Below are positions 37,866 to 46,992 of a stretch of DNA of 64,000 nucleotides, one piece after another. The notes under the pieces were generated by a model. It was not told the origin of the DNA. It ran no database searches and saw only the letters and a program-made list of their open reading frames with translations. Every line of letters starts with the position of its first letter. Within the stretch, counting starts at the first letter, position 1. A program made the position numbers and the translations under genes. The stretch lies in assembly GCA_963677595.1 (NCBI GenBank), contig OY782041.1:1984001-2048000 (forward strand). Direction: 5' to 3'. Origin of the DNA: Spirochaetia bacterium (lineage in GTDB: Bacteria; Spirochaetota; Spirochaetia; CAKZLE01).

Positions 37866-38477
37866 TTAACCTGTGCACAGACTCTTCAACAGGAACTCCC
37901 TGCAGTAGGCAAGGGCTTCTTCGACCAGGTCGAACTCTGCTGATGAGATGTTCCAGTCGAGGAAGAGTCCCCGTATCGCGCGATTGAACCAGGAGGCGAG
38001 GGTATGGGCATCCGGGTGGGGTATGAACTCACCGGAGGCCTGGCCTTCTTCGATGATCTCCTCGATGAAGGTATGCCAGAAGCGGCTTTCGTCAATGATA
38101 GCCTTATCGGAACCCCCATTGATCACCTGGTTGGCATAGAGGATCTTGAGCATATCATTGCCGATGATGTCCCTGACGTAGTGCATCTGGTAGCGGGTGA
38201 ATTCCATGAGCTTCTCAGATGCACTGTCCAGTTCCCGTATCTGGTCCTCGAGGCTCCGGTAGTAATGGTCGATCGTCCAGAACTCCTCCACGATGATATC
38301 GCTCTTCGTGGAGAAGTAGGTGTAGAAGCTCCCCTTCGAGGTCCCGGCATAAGTCGTGATCTCCTCGATGGTCACACGGTCGAAACCTTTCTGCTTGAAC
38401 AAGGTCAGGGCACTCTCGAAGATGAGCTCCTTGGTACGCTCTGCTTTCGTCTTGCCCTGGATCCTTGTCTTTGCCAT
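37866..38477 (-). CDS. TetR/AcrR family regulator
   Basis: LFKQKGF, TIEEI, GTSKGSFYTYF. Confidence 0.93.
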   Translation of the reverse strand: MAKTRIQGKTKAERTKELIFESALTLFKQKGFDRVTIEEITTYAGTSKGSFYTYFSTKSDIIVEEFWTIDHYYRSLEDQIRELDSASEKLMEFTRYQMHYVRDIIGNDMLKILYANQVINGGSDKAIIDESRFWHTFIEEIIEEGQASGEFIPHPDAHTLASWFNRAIRGLFLDWNISSAEFDLVEEALAYCREFLLKSLCTG

Positions 38478-38485
38478 GAGAGGTA

Positions 38486-39910
38486 CTACTCCTGCATCCT
38501 GATGATCTTTCCCGGGTTCATGATCAGCAGCGGGTCAAGGGCCTTCTTCAGGCTCCAGTAGAGGTCATGCTCTGCCTTGGGGATAACCTCCTCGAGGAAC
38601 TCCCTCCGCTTGAGCCCGATCCCGTGTTCACCGCTGATCTTGCCGCCGAGTTCTCCCACAATAAAAGCATATAGTTCCCGTAAAATCAATGGTTCGATCT
38701 CGAGCCAATGCTCCATGGTGCTCGCCGGGTTCTTTACCAGGGTCGCGTGGAGGTTCCCGTCGCCGGCATGTCCATAGCAGGGGATGGTGACGTCATACTT
38801 CTCTGACAGCCTGGTGAGCTCCGGTATGACATCAGGGATGGAGCCGATCGGCACCACGACATCCTCGAGACTCTGCTCGGGGCTGTAGACCTTGATGGCC
38901 TCCGCTATATTCCTTCGTACTGCCCAGATCCGCTCCTGGGTGTTTCGGTCCTCTGCGATATAGACCTCCATGGCCCCGTGCTTCTCGCAGAGGTCCCCGA
39001 CGATGATCATCTCCTGCTCTACCTGCTTCTCGTTCGTCCCGTCGAGCTCGATGAGCAGCAGCGCCCCGACCCCGTCGATGGGAAGGGTCTCGTTGAGGTA
39101 GGAGCAGGCCATCTCCGTCGATTTCCTGTCCATGAACTCGATGCTCGTCGGGATGATCCCCTGCCGCATGATCAGTGGCACGACATTGATCGCCTCCTCG
39201 GCAGTCCTGAAGGGGACGAGCAGGTCTGCCTTCTCCTTCGGGATCCCAAGCAGCTTGATCGTCACCTTGGTGATGATGCCCAGCGTTCCCTCTGACCCGA
39301 TATACAGCTGTTTCAGGTCATAGCCGCTGACATCCTTCGTGACCTTTCCCCCGAGATTCAGGATCTCTCCCTGGGGAGTGACCACCTCCATGCCCAGGAC
39401 ATACCGGCCGGTGACGCCGTACTTCACGGCCTTCCCGCCTCCCGCGTTCTCGGCGACGTTACCGCCGAGGAAGCAGGTCTCGAGGCTCATCGGATAGCCG
39501 GCGAAGACCAGCCCGTATGACTTCAGCTGCTCATTGAGCTCGTTGGTGATGATCCCTGCTTCCGCGACGACGCAGAGGTTCTTCTCGTCGACCTCGATGA
39601 CCTTGTTCATCTTCTCGACCGAGAGGACGATCCCTCCCAGCAGGGGGATCGCCCCTCCGGAGAGACCTGAGCCGGCACCCCTCGGGGTCACCGGGATCCG
39701 TTCCTTCGTCGCGAGCTTCATGATCTCGGCAATCTGTTCAGTCGTCTCCGGGGTCACCACGACCTCGGGCATATGGGCATAGAGCTCAACAGAGGTCTCG
39801 TCATGGCTGTAGCCCTCCATCCTGTCTGTCTCGGTGATCACATTCTTCTTTCCCAGTATCCCGTAGAGAGCCTCTACTATATGCTCAGTCACTTTCCCAT
39901 AGCAGTTCAT
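38486..39910 (-). CDS. FAD-linked 2-hydroxyacid dehydrogenase (LctD/GlcD-like, ETF-coupled)
   Basis: TPRGAGSGLSGG, GGNVAENAGG, KDVSGYDL, GSEGTLG, GHAGDGNLH, SGEHGIG, MNPGK. Confidence 0.92.
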   Translation of the reverse strand: MNCYGKVTEHIVEALYGILGKKNVITETDRMEGYSHDETSVELYAHMPEVVVTPETTEQIAEIMKLATKERIPVTPRGAGSGLSGGAIPLLGGIVLSVEKMNKVIEVDEKNLCVVAEAGIITNELNEQLKSYGLVFAGYPMSLETCFLGGNVAENAGGGKAVKYGVTGRYVLGMEVVTPQGEILNLGGKVTKDVSGYDLKQLYIGSEGTLGIITKVTIKLLGIPKEKADLLVPFRTAEEAINVVPLIMRQGIIPTSIEFMDRKSTEMACSYLNETLPIDGVGALLLIELDGTNEKQVEQEMIIVGDLCEKHGAMEVYIAEDRNTQERIWAVRRNIAEAIKVYSPEQSLEDVVVPIGSIPDVIPELTRLSEKYDVTIPCYGHAGDGNLHATLVKNPASTMEHWLEIEPLILRELYAFIVGELGGKISGEHGIGLKRREFLEEVIPKAEHDLYWSLKKALDPLLIMNPGKIIRMQE

Positions 39911-40905
39911 TACTTTGCCTCCCGCTCTGAAAGCCTTCTCTGGAGTTCAGGGACTATGGCGAACAGGTCCCCCACGATGGCGAAGTCGGCTACTTCCATG
40001 ATGTTGGCATGCTCATCGTTGTTGATAGCCACGATATGTTCCGAGGTCTTCATGCCTGCAAGGTGCTGTACTGCCCCTGAGATTCCGATCCCGATGTAGA
40101 GCTCGGGGGATATTGTCTTCCCGGAGAGCCCGATCTGGTGCGGGTAGCTTGCCCAGCCGCGGTCGACCGCGTCCCTTGAAGCTCCTACCTGGCCGCCGAG
40201 GGAGTGGGCGAGGTCGTCGATCATCTTGAAGTTGTCCCGCTTCTTCATGCCTCTCCCGCCTGCCACGACGATGTCGGCCTCCTCGATTGAGACGAAATCA
40301 CCCTGGTCCACATCAAGTCCCAGGATCCTCACCCGGTCGTCGAACCAGTCGTCGACCCAGGGGATCTCCTTGACCAGGCCGCTCCTGGTCGTGTCCGGGG
40401 GCAGCGGCCGCATCGACTTCGGCCGAACGGTAGACATCTGCGGCCTGTGGTCCGGGGTCTTGATCGTTGCCATGATGTTGCCCCCGATAGCGGGCCTCGT
40501 CTGCAGGAGGTTCCCGGTCTCCTTCTCGATCGCCAGTTCCGTGCAGTCTGCCGTGAGGCCTGCATGGAGCTTGACGGCAAGGTAGGGGAGGATCGTCCTT
40601 CCCGCTGTGGTAGCTCCTGCGAGGAAGACGTTGGGTGTATAGGTCTCGGCAAGGTCTTTGAGGATCGCTGCCTGGGTCTGGCACTCCACCTCCGCGAGGC
40701 AGGGATGGTTCACGTAATACACGATGTCAGCCCCATGGTGGATCAGCCTGTCCAGCTCGCTGTCAGGTATGCTGTCTCCCATGACGATGGCGCAAAGGTT
40801 CCCTTCCAGGTCATCTGCAAGTGCCTTTCCCCTGGCGAGGAGCTCGAAGGAGACCTCTTTCAGTTTTCCGTTATGCTGTTCTGCATATATCCATACATCT
40901 TTCAT
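39910..40905 (-). CDS. etfA: Electron transfer flavoprotein alpha subunit
   Basis: GLTADCT, TRPAIGGN, AGGRG, GASR, QIGLSG, GISGAVQH, AINND. Confidence 0.95.
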   Translation of the reverse strand: MKDVWIYAEQHNGKLKEVSFELLARGKALADDLEGNLCAIVMGDSIPDSELDRLIHHGADIVYYVNHPCLAEVECQTQAAILKDLAETYTPNVFLAGATTAGRTILPYLAVKLHAGLTADCTELAIEKETGNLLQTRPAIGGNIMATIKTPDHRPQMSTVRPKSMRPLPPDTTRSGLVKEIPWVDDWFDDRVRILGLDVDQGDFVSIEEADIVVAGGRGMKKRDNFKMIDDLAHSLGGQVGASRDAVDRGWASYPHQIGLSGKTISPELYIGIGISGAVQHLAGMKTSEHIVAINNDEHANIMEVADFAIVGDLFAIVPELQRRLSEREAK

Positions 40906-40906
40906 A

Positions 40907-41716
40907 CTACATACCCTTCCTTAGGAGATCCTGTTCCCCGAGATAGGCAAGGAGCTTGTCCACTGCCTCCCTGACCGACTGGTCATCCTCAGCCCTCACG
41001 ACGGTGCAGGACCGGGTGACCGTGGGGGTCGCGATCTTCACGACCTTGGTAGGGGAGCCCTTGAGCCCGATAAACTCCATATTGACCTCAAGGTCATCGA
41101 CGCCCCAGACGGGGATGTCCATGGCCATCGCCCGCTTCTTGCCCCGGAGGGTCGGGAGTCGCGGTATCGCCACTTCCTTGACTACTGTGAGGACAGCTGG
41201 GAGGGAAGCCTCCACCTTCTGGTAGCCCTCCTCGATGAGCCGGTCCACCTGGATGGTCTTATCGGTGATCCTTCCCAAGTGGGCGACATAGGAGACGACA
41301 CTCATGTCGAGCCAGGAGGCGATCCCGGGCCCGACCTGGCCGGTATCGCCGTCAGTGGCACGCTCTCCGGCTATGATGAGGTCGACGGGGAACAGTCTCT
41401 TGATCGCGGAGGCGATGGTGTAGGAGGTAGCCCAGGTGTCGGCTCCCCCGAACTTCCTGTCGGACAGCTGCACGGCTGCATCGCAGCCCATGGCTATCGC
41501 CTCCTTGAGTACCTTGATGGAACTCGGCGGTCCCATGGTCACCGCGGTGATCGTCGCTCCGATCCGGTCCTTGATCTGCAGGGCAGACTCAAGGGCATAG
41601 AGGTCCAGCGGGTTCACGATCGACTCGGACCCGATCCTGATCATGGTGCCGGTCTCCCGGTCCATCTGGACATTGCTGGTCTCCGGGACCTGTTTTATGG
41701 GGACTACGATATGCAT
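40907..41716 (-). CDS. etfB: Electron transfer flavoprotein beta subunit
   Basis: IKQVP, NPLD, MGP, GADT, DGDTGQV, GLKGSPT. Confidence 0.95.
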   Translation of the reverse strand: MHIVVPIKQVPETSNVQMDRETGTMIRIGSESIVNPLDLYALESALQIKDRIGATITAVTMGPPSSIKVLKEAIAMGCDAAVQLSDRKFGGADTWATSYTIASAIKRLFPVDLIIAGERATDGDTGQVGPGIASWLDMSVVSYVAHLGRITDKTIQVDRLIEEGYQKVEASLPAVLTVVKEVAIPRLPTLRGKKRAMAMDIPVWGVDDLEVNMEFIGLKGSPTKVVKIATPTVTRSCTVVRAEDDQSVREAVDKLLAYLGEQDLLRKGM

Positions 41717-41739
41717 AGAGTGGTCTCCTTATGATGAAT

Positions 41740-41797
41740 TACCATGATGGTACGACAGAAATATGGAGACGTCAAGAAAAAAATGACTGTGGTCATT
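41740..41797 (-). promoter_or_regulatory. Promoter and palindromes upstream of etfB-etfA-lctD-tetR
   Basis: Minus strand TTGACG (41775-41770) -17 bp- TACCAT (41752-41747); palindromes TACCAT-G-ATGGTA (41740-41752) and AATGAC-TGTG-GTCATT (41782-41797). Confidence 0.6.
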
Positions 41798-42151
41798 AAA
41801 AAGTGCCAATGATTTGATTTTACCGTGGTCAATAGGCATCCGGATAAGCAATCATTGAATTTGGTGTGTGCTAAAAATAGAATTTGTTTTGTGGGTTGTT
41901 CGCTTGCATATTGAACTTTACGTTCAAGTATTCAATAAACTGGGCCTGACTGTTCTATAACACCGAAGGGATGTGTTGTGATGAGAAGTTGGTATTTCTT
42001 GTAAAAGAATGCATTAAAAGAAATTACTTGTAATCGTCAGTAAGCCGTACATGCTCATGGCTCGAACAAGGGGTTTGTAGGGCATCATTCTCCAACACTT
42101 CGATCGAAAAAACTGCAGATTATAATGAAGTGGAAAACTGAAAGAAATTAG

Positions 42152-42190
42152 TTGACAACTCAAATTTTGTGCCTTAGTCTGTTATCAGAC
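42152..42190 (+). promoter_or_regulatory. sigma70 promoter with FadR-type operator
   Basis: TTGACA (42152) -17 bp- TAGTCT (42175), overlapped by GTCTGTTATCAGAC (42177-42190). Confidence 0.8.
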
Positions 42191-42206
42191 AATTTGAGGG
42201 GCGTTG

Positions 42207-42908
42207 ATGAAAGCCGTAGTTAGAAGATCGATAATCGACCAGGTCCTGGAACAGATACAGCAGATGATCTCCTCGGAAGGGTATGAAGCAGGGATGAAGC
42301 TTCCCCCCGAGGTCGAGATGTGCAGGATCCTGGGAGTGAGCAGGTCTACGGTGAGAGAAGCCTTCAGGATGCTTCAGGCGATGGATTACGTGGAGATCAA
42401 GCAGGGCAGGGGTGCGTTCGTGAAGAACAAGCAGCCGAACAGCCCGGAGACGATCAAGCAATGGTTCGGGGAGAATGCCCCGCAGTTGAACGACTTCATG
42501 GATGTTCGCCTTGCCCTGGAGACCCTTGCCTTGAAGATAGCCGTCAAGCAGGCGACAGAGGAAGAGATCCTCAGGCTGTATGAGATCGAAAGGAGTTTTG
42601 AGCAGGCAGTCGAGGAACGGGATGTCATGTATATGGCGCAGTATGATGAAGACTTCCATAGTGAAATCGTGGCGATGACGCACAATACGCTGATGATCAA
42701 TATCTATCAGCTCGTCGTTCATGAATTCAAGAAGTACCGGAACAAGGCCTTCGCGTTGGAACGGTACGCGTCAAATGCGGTGGAACCGCATGGACATATC
42801 CTTCAGGCGATCAGGGACCGGGATGAGAGGCTCGGGGTACTGTATACCGAGGATCACCTGAAGATATCGAAACGGGATATGGAACTGGCTGCTCGGGAAG
42901 AGAAGTGA
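42207..42908 (+). CDS. FadR/GntR family regulator (paralog A)
   Basis: KLPPE, GVSRSTVREA, QGRGAFV, FCD domain with DEDFH. Confidence 0.94.
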   Translation: MKAVVRRSIIDQVLEQIQQMISSEGYEAGMKLPPEVEMCRILGVSRSTVREAFRMLQAMDYVEIKQGRGAFVKNKQPNSPETIKQWFGENAPQLNDFMDVRLALETLALKIAVKQATEEEILRLYEIERSFEQAVEERDVMYMAQYDEDFHSEIVAMTHNTLMINIYQLVVHEFKKYRNKAFALERYASNAVEPHGHILQAIRDRDERLGVLYTEDHLKISKRDMELAAREEK

Positions 42909-42921
42909 GTTTTTTATAGTA

Positions 42922-42943
42922 ATTTGTCTGATACCAGACAAAT
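42922..42943. promoter_or_regulatory. FadR-type operator
   Basis: ATTTGTCTG-ATAC-CAGACAAAT palindrome. Confidence 0.8.
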
Positions 42944-43913
42944 CTGTCGTGTAGCGGCAGGTAACCCCCAATAACATCAATCATAAGGAGATATGAGATG
43001 TTCAATAAAGACACATACGGCAAGATCTTAGTCCCGGTAGTGACCCCCTTCAAAGAGAACGGGGACGTGGACTATGAAGGGATGGTGCAGATCGGCGAGA
43101 AGCTGCTTGAGAAGGGCTGGGCCGATTCATTCATCCTGACAGGGACCACCGGCGAGTTCCACACGATGACGAGCGAAGAGCGGATCAAGATCTTCCAGAC
43201 GATGTATGACGCATTCAAGGGACGGATCCCTATCATCGCAGGGACCGGAGCCCCCTCGACACGAGAGACGATCAAGCTGACGAAGGCAGCCGAGGAGATC
43301 GGGTACGAGACGGTGATGGTGGTAGCCCCCTACTACACAAGGCCGTCACAGGCAGAGATCAAGAACCACTACCAGCTCGTAGCGCGCGCAGTGAAGGTCG
43401 ATATCCTGATCTACAACATCCCGATCTTCACAGGGGTGAACACCTCACCTGAGATCGTGGCCGAGCTGGCGAAAGAGCCGAACATCGTGGGTCTGAAGGA
43501 AGAGGCTGAGCTGAATGCGAAGCAGATGACCGAGTTTATCAACGTGACACCGGATGATTTCATCATCTACAACGGAGATGACACGATGGTATTAGAGTCC
43601 TTCGTACAGGGATACGAGCGGATCGGCGGCGTGATCAGCGGCGGGGCGCACCTGGTAGGTGACCAGATCCGTGAGATGATCGACTGCCTGCATGAGGGGA
43701 AGGTGCAGGAAGCATCAGTGATCCAGCGACGGCTGCTGCCGTTGTACCGGATCATGGGACAGGGCGGGAGGACGAACCCGGTCTGTCTGATCAAGGATGC
43801 GATGAGGATGGTAGGCTATCCTGCAGGCTACCCGAGACTGCCGATGCTCCCCGGGACTGAGGAAGAGGTGAAGAACGTACGTGAGCTGATGATCAAGGTC
43901 GGCGCACTGAAGG
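42926..43913 (+). repeat. 988-bp direct repeat, copy 1 (operator + RBS + dapA-like gene)
   Basis: Matches 54848-55835 at offset 11922; the only differences I found are GTATTA vs GTGCTG near 43591. Confidence 0.93.
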
Positions 43914-43918
43914 CATAA
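42998..43918 (+). CDS. DapA/NanA-family Schiff-base lyase #4
   Basis: GTTGEF, APYY, YNIPIFTG, GLKEE. Confidence 0.92.
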   Translation: MFNKDTYGKILVPVVTPFKENGDVDYEGMVQIGEKLLEKGWADSFILTGTTGEFHTMTSEERIKIFQTMYDAFKGRIPIIAGTGAPSTRETIKLTKAAEEIGYETVMVVAPYYTRPSQAEIKNHYQLVARAVKVDILIYNIPIFTGVNTSPEIVAELAKEPNIVGLKEEAELNAKQMTEFINVTPDDFIIYNGDDTMVLESFVQGYERIGGVISGGAHLVGDQIREMIDCLHEGKVQEASVIQRRLLPLYRIMGQGGRTNPVCLIKDAMRMVGYPAGYPRLPMLPGTEEEVKNVRELMIKVGALKA

Positions 43919-44034
43919 GACGTCCCCCATCCAGCGATAGGGGCTATTAGGCCGGGCAGAAAAGAGAAACCCTCCTGCCCGGACCCATGAATAGGAAACG
44001 ACAGCAGATGGCTGTTGTCCGAATGAGGAAGATA

Positions 44035-44916
44035 ATGAAAGATACGCTGAGAGGGCTGATCACACCGATCGTCACCCCTTTTACGGAACAAGGTGATATC
44101 GACGAAGCCCTGTTCATCAAGGAAGTCGAGTACCTGATCGCTGCAGGTGTACATGGCCTGAGTCCCGGCGGGAGTACCGGTGAGGGAGCCTTCCTGACCG
44201 CCGCAGAGATAGCACGGCTGGTGGAATTGACGAAGGAGCTTAATACGAAAGGCCTGCCGATCGTGGCCGGAGTGATCAAGAATTCCACAAGGGATGCCGT
44301 TGAGTCGGGACTGGCCGCAAAAGCAGCCGGTGCCGATGCCCTGATGGTCACCCCTGCCTCCTATAACATCCTGGTACCGGATGACGACGGGAACTATGAT
44401 TTCTATAAGCAGATCTCCGATGCCGTGGACCTGCCTATCGTGATCTACAATGTCGTGCCCCAGAACGAGATCTCTACCGACCTGTTCATCAGGCTCTCGG
44501 AGATCAAGAACGTCGTCGGCATCAAGCAGAGTGTGGGAACGGTGAAGTCCCTCTATGACAAGATCCTGTTCTCCGATTCGTCCATGCTCACCTACGGGGC
44601 ACAGGATGACATGCTGTTCACCTGTTTCGAATTAGGTGCTGATGGTGCGATAGCGGCAATCCTGACCCTGTTCCCTGAGATCTGTGTCCAGATGTGGGAC
44701 TGCGCTCAGAGCGGTGACCACAAGACCGGACTCGAGCTGCAGAACAGGATCTACCCGGTATGGCAGAAGATCATCGGGCCGCATTTCCCGAGAAGGATCA
44801 AGATCGCCCTTGCCCAGCTGGGCAGGAATCCCGGGCTGACACGCAGCCCGATCACCAAGGCTACGCCTAAAGAGATTGAGGAGATCTCCAAGGCGATGGA
44901 TGCCTTCAACGCTTAG
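44035..44916 (+). CDS. DapA/NanA-family Schiff-base lyase #5
   Basis: GGSTGEG, YNVVP, GIKQS; start MKDTL at 44035 after GAGG. Confidence 0.9.
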   Translation: MKDTLRGLITPIVTPFTEQGDIDEALFIKEVEYLIAAGVHGLSPGGSTGEGAFLTAAEIARLVELTKELNTKGLPIVAGVIKNSTRDAVESGLAAKAAGADALMVTPASYNILVPDDDGNYDFYKQISDAVDLPIVIYNVVPQNEISTDLFIRLSEIKNVVGIKQSVGTVKSLYDKILFSDSSMLTYGAQDDMLFTCFELGADGAIAAILTLFPEICVQMWDCAQSGDHKTGLELQNRIYPVWQKIIGPHFPRRIKIALAQLGRNPGLTRSPITKATPKEIEEISKAMDAFNA

Positions 44917-44978
44917 GTTTCTAACAGATTGTAATCTGTGTATAGTTTTTGTCTTTAAACGATTTAGGAGGTCGAAGA

Positions 44979-46199
44979 ATGAAGAAACGAATCACAAGTG
45001 TAGTTGTGCTGGTACTGTTGCTGGCAGCACTCGTCCAAGTGTCCGCAGCGGATCCTATTGTCATCAAGATGGCATTCACTGACTCTGCCATGACAACGAT
45101 CGGTGATAACAAACTGCCGCACCCATCTTACGCTGCCATGCTGGCGTTCCAGAACTCAGTACAGAAAGCTTCTGGTGGTAAGATCGTAGCTGAACTCTAC
45201 CCTGGTGGTGTCCTTGGGGATGCCAACTCGAATATGGAGCAGATCCTGACTGGGCAGCTCCAGTGCGCTACCCCGGCTGACGGTGCTGTAGCTCCGTTCT
45301 ATGAGAACATCCAGGCGTTCGCTATCCCCTATCTCTTCAAAGATGCATCCCAGGCTTATGACCTGCTCGACAGTGATGTAGCTACTGAGATCTTCGAGGA
45401 TATGGCAGCAACCAGCGGATTCCGTATCCTTGCAGCGTATGATAACGGCGGTTTCAGGAACTTCAGTAACAGTAAGCGTGTGGTCAAGTCTGCCGCTGAT
45501 ATGGAAGGACTCAAGATCCGGACCATGGATATCACAGCACATATGGAGATGGTCAAGACTCTTGGCGCGGCTCCTACCCCAATCGCATTCCTCGAGCTCT
45601 ACAGTGCACTCCAGACTGGCGTCGTGGACGGGCAGGAGAACTCCGCAATCACCACGCTCTCAGCATCACTGCAGGAAGTCCAGGACTACTATACCCTTGA
45701 TGGCCACATGCTTGGGATCGCGTACCTGGTCATCGGGGAGGAATTCTTCCAGGGCCTTACTCCTGAACTGCAGGAGAGTGTACTTCGGGCTGGTAACGAG
45801 GCTGAGATTGCTGCACGAGGGGCAGTCAGGGCGTATGAGTCCCTGGCATTGGCAGCCCTTGCTGAAGGCGGGATGAATATCTACTCACCGACAGCTGCAG
45901 AGATGGAGACCTTCAAGGTCAGCCAGGCACCAGTCATCAAGTACCTGAAAGAGAACATCAATCCTGATTATGTAGATGCAGTCCTTGGCTATGTCGAGAA
46001 CTATGACAACAGGGACGCGGTAGCTGCAGCTGCACCAGCTGCGACAGTCGCCGCAACGACCACTGCCCCTGCTGCAGCCCCTGCTGCACAGGCAGTTGCA
46101 CCGGAGAAGAGCAGCAATACCCTGACGATCATCCTGATCGCGGTGATTGCACTCCTCGTGGCATACATTGTCTACAAGTCAGTGAAGAAGAAAAGCTGA
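44979..46199 (+). CDS. dctP: TRAP DctP (system 3) with C-terminal Ala/Pro/Thr linker and membrane anchor
   Basis: YPGGVLG, GLKIRTM, ELYSALQTGVVDGQEN; tail ...APAAAPAAQAVAPEKSSNTLTIILIAVIALLVAYIVYKSVKKKS. Start ATG 44979 after AGGAGG. Confidence 0.92.
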   Translation: MKKRITSVVVLVLLLAALVQVSAADPIVIKMAFTDSAMTTIGDNKLPHPSYAAMLAFQNSVQKASGGKIVAELYPGGVLGDANSNMEQILTGQLQCATPADGAVAPFYENIQAFAIPYLFKDASQAYDLLDSDVATEIFEDMAATSGFRILAAYDNGGFRNFSNSKRVVKSAADMEGLKIRTMDITAHMEMVKTLGAAPTPIAFLELYSALQTGVVDGQENSAITTLSASLQEVQDYYTLDGHMLGIAYLVIGEEFFQGLTPELQESVLRAGNEAEIAARGAVRAYESLALAALAEGGMNIYSPTAAEMETFKVSQAPVIKYLKENINPDYVDAVLGYVENYDNRDAVAAAAPAATVAATTTAPAAAPAAQAVAPEKSSNTLTIILIAVIALLVAYIVYKSVKKKS

Positions 46200-46213
46200 T
46201 CATTGAACTGAAA

Positions 46214-46248
46214 TGAGAAGGACCGGATTGTATCCGGTCCTTCATCTC
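46214..46248 (+). terminator. Stem-loop after dctP (system 3)
   Basis: GAAGGACCGGAT-tgt-ATCCGGTCCTTC. Confidence 0.65.
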
Positions 46249-46494
46249 GGTGTACCTGGCGAAACTGGCAAGCCTTGTTCTTGAGGGAGTTCTCCCCATA
46301 CTGCATGTCAGAATGGCTTCCAGGTACAATGAAACGTGTGTTTTCAGGAAGAATTGATTAAAAAGTAATTGCTGGAAGAAGCAGTGTGTTTTTCCCTGTC
46401 CTGCTGATTCTGATATAGAATAGGGAAGCAGGGCAGCGGGGGTATGGTGAATGCCTCTGCATGAGAAAAAAGTCCGGGATTCGGAGGTTGTGTT

Positions 46495-46992
46495 GTGAAC
46501 GAGATTATAGAAGATTATTATTCCTTGACAGGTCTGTTGGATAAACTCTTTAAACATATATCTATTCTGCTCATGGGGGTGATGACGCTGACAGTACTGC
46601 TGCAGATCCTGTTCCGGTATATCATGAAAGCCCCATTGATCTGGACTGAGGAGCTCTCGAGGTACCTGATGATCTGGATGGCGTTCATCGCCGCATCCTC
46701 GATCATCCGTAATTGGGAATCCATCAGTGTTGACTTGTTCGTCGGCAAGCTGAGTCCGAACGTGCAGTTCTATATCAAGCTATTCAATAAGATCGTGGTG
46801 TTCGCTTTCTGCCTGCTAATCTTCATCATCAGCCTCAGGATCTATCCGAAGGTAAGTGCCAGCCAGAAAGCCCCTGCGCTGAGGATCAACATGCTGATCC
46901 CGCAATCGGGTGTGATCATCGGGATGCTGCTGATGACTCTGCAGACTATCTCCGCGATTATCCTTGATTTCAAGAGAAGGTACCAGAAATGA
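46495..46992 (+). CDS. dctQ: TRAP DctQ (system 3)
   Basis: WTEELSRYLMIW, APAL; GTG start after GGAGG. Confidence 0.88.
   Translation: MNEIIEDYYSLTGLLDKLFKHISILLMGVMTLTVLLQILFRYIMKAPLIWTEELSRYLMIWMAFIAASSIIRNWESISVDLFVGKLSPNVQFYIKLFNKIVVFAFCLLIFIISLRIYPKVSASQKAPALRINMLIPQSGVIIGMLLMTLQTISAIILDFKRRYQK

Noticed and set aside
42998-43918. Calling the GTTGE/PYY protein dapA (lysine biosynthesis)
   Set aside because: It lacks the DHDPS Arg after YNxP, has no dapB/asd/lysC neighbours, and sits in a catabolic context.
46015-46100. GCT/GCA-rich quasi-repeats (also 29245-29310) as tandem repeat or CRISPR
   Set aside because: They are in-frame Ala/Pro/Thr linker codons with no repeat-spacer periodicity.
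46250-46494. Unusually long dctP-dctQ spacer as an ncRNA or small gene
   Set aside because: Only an 18-codon ORF without a clear RBS and no recognisable RNA family structure.
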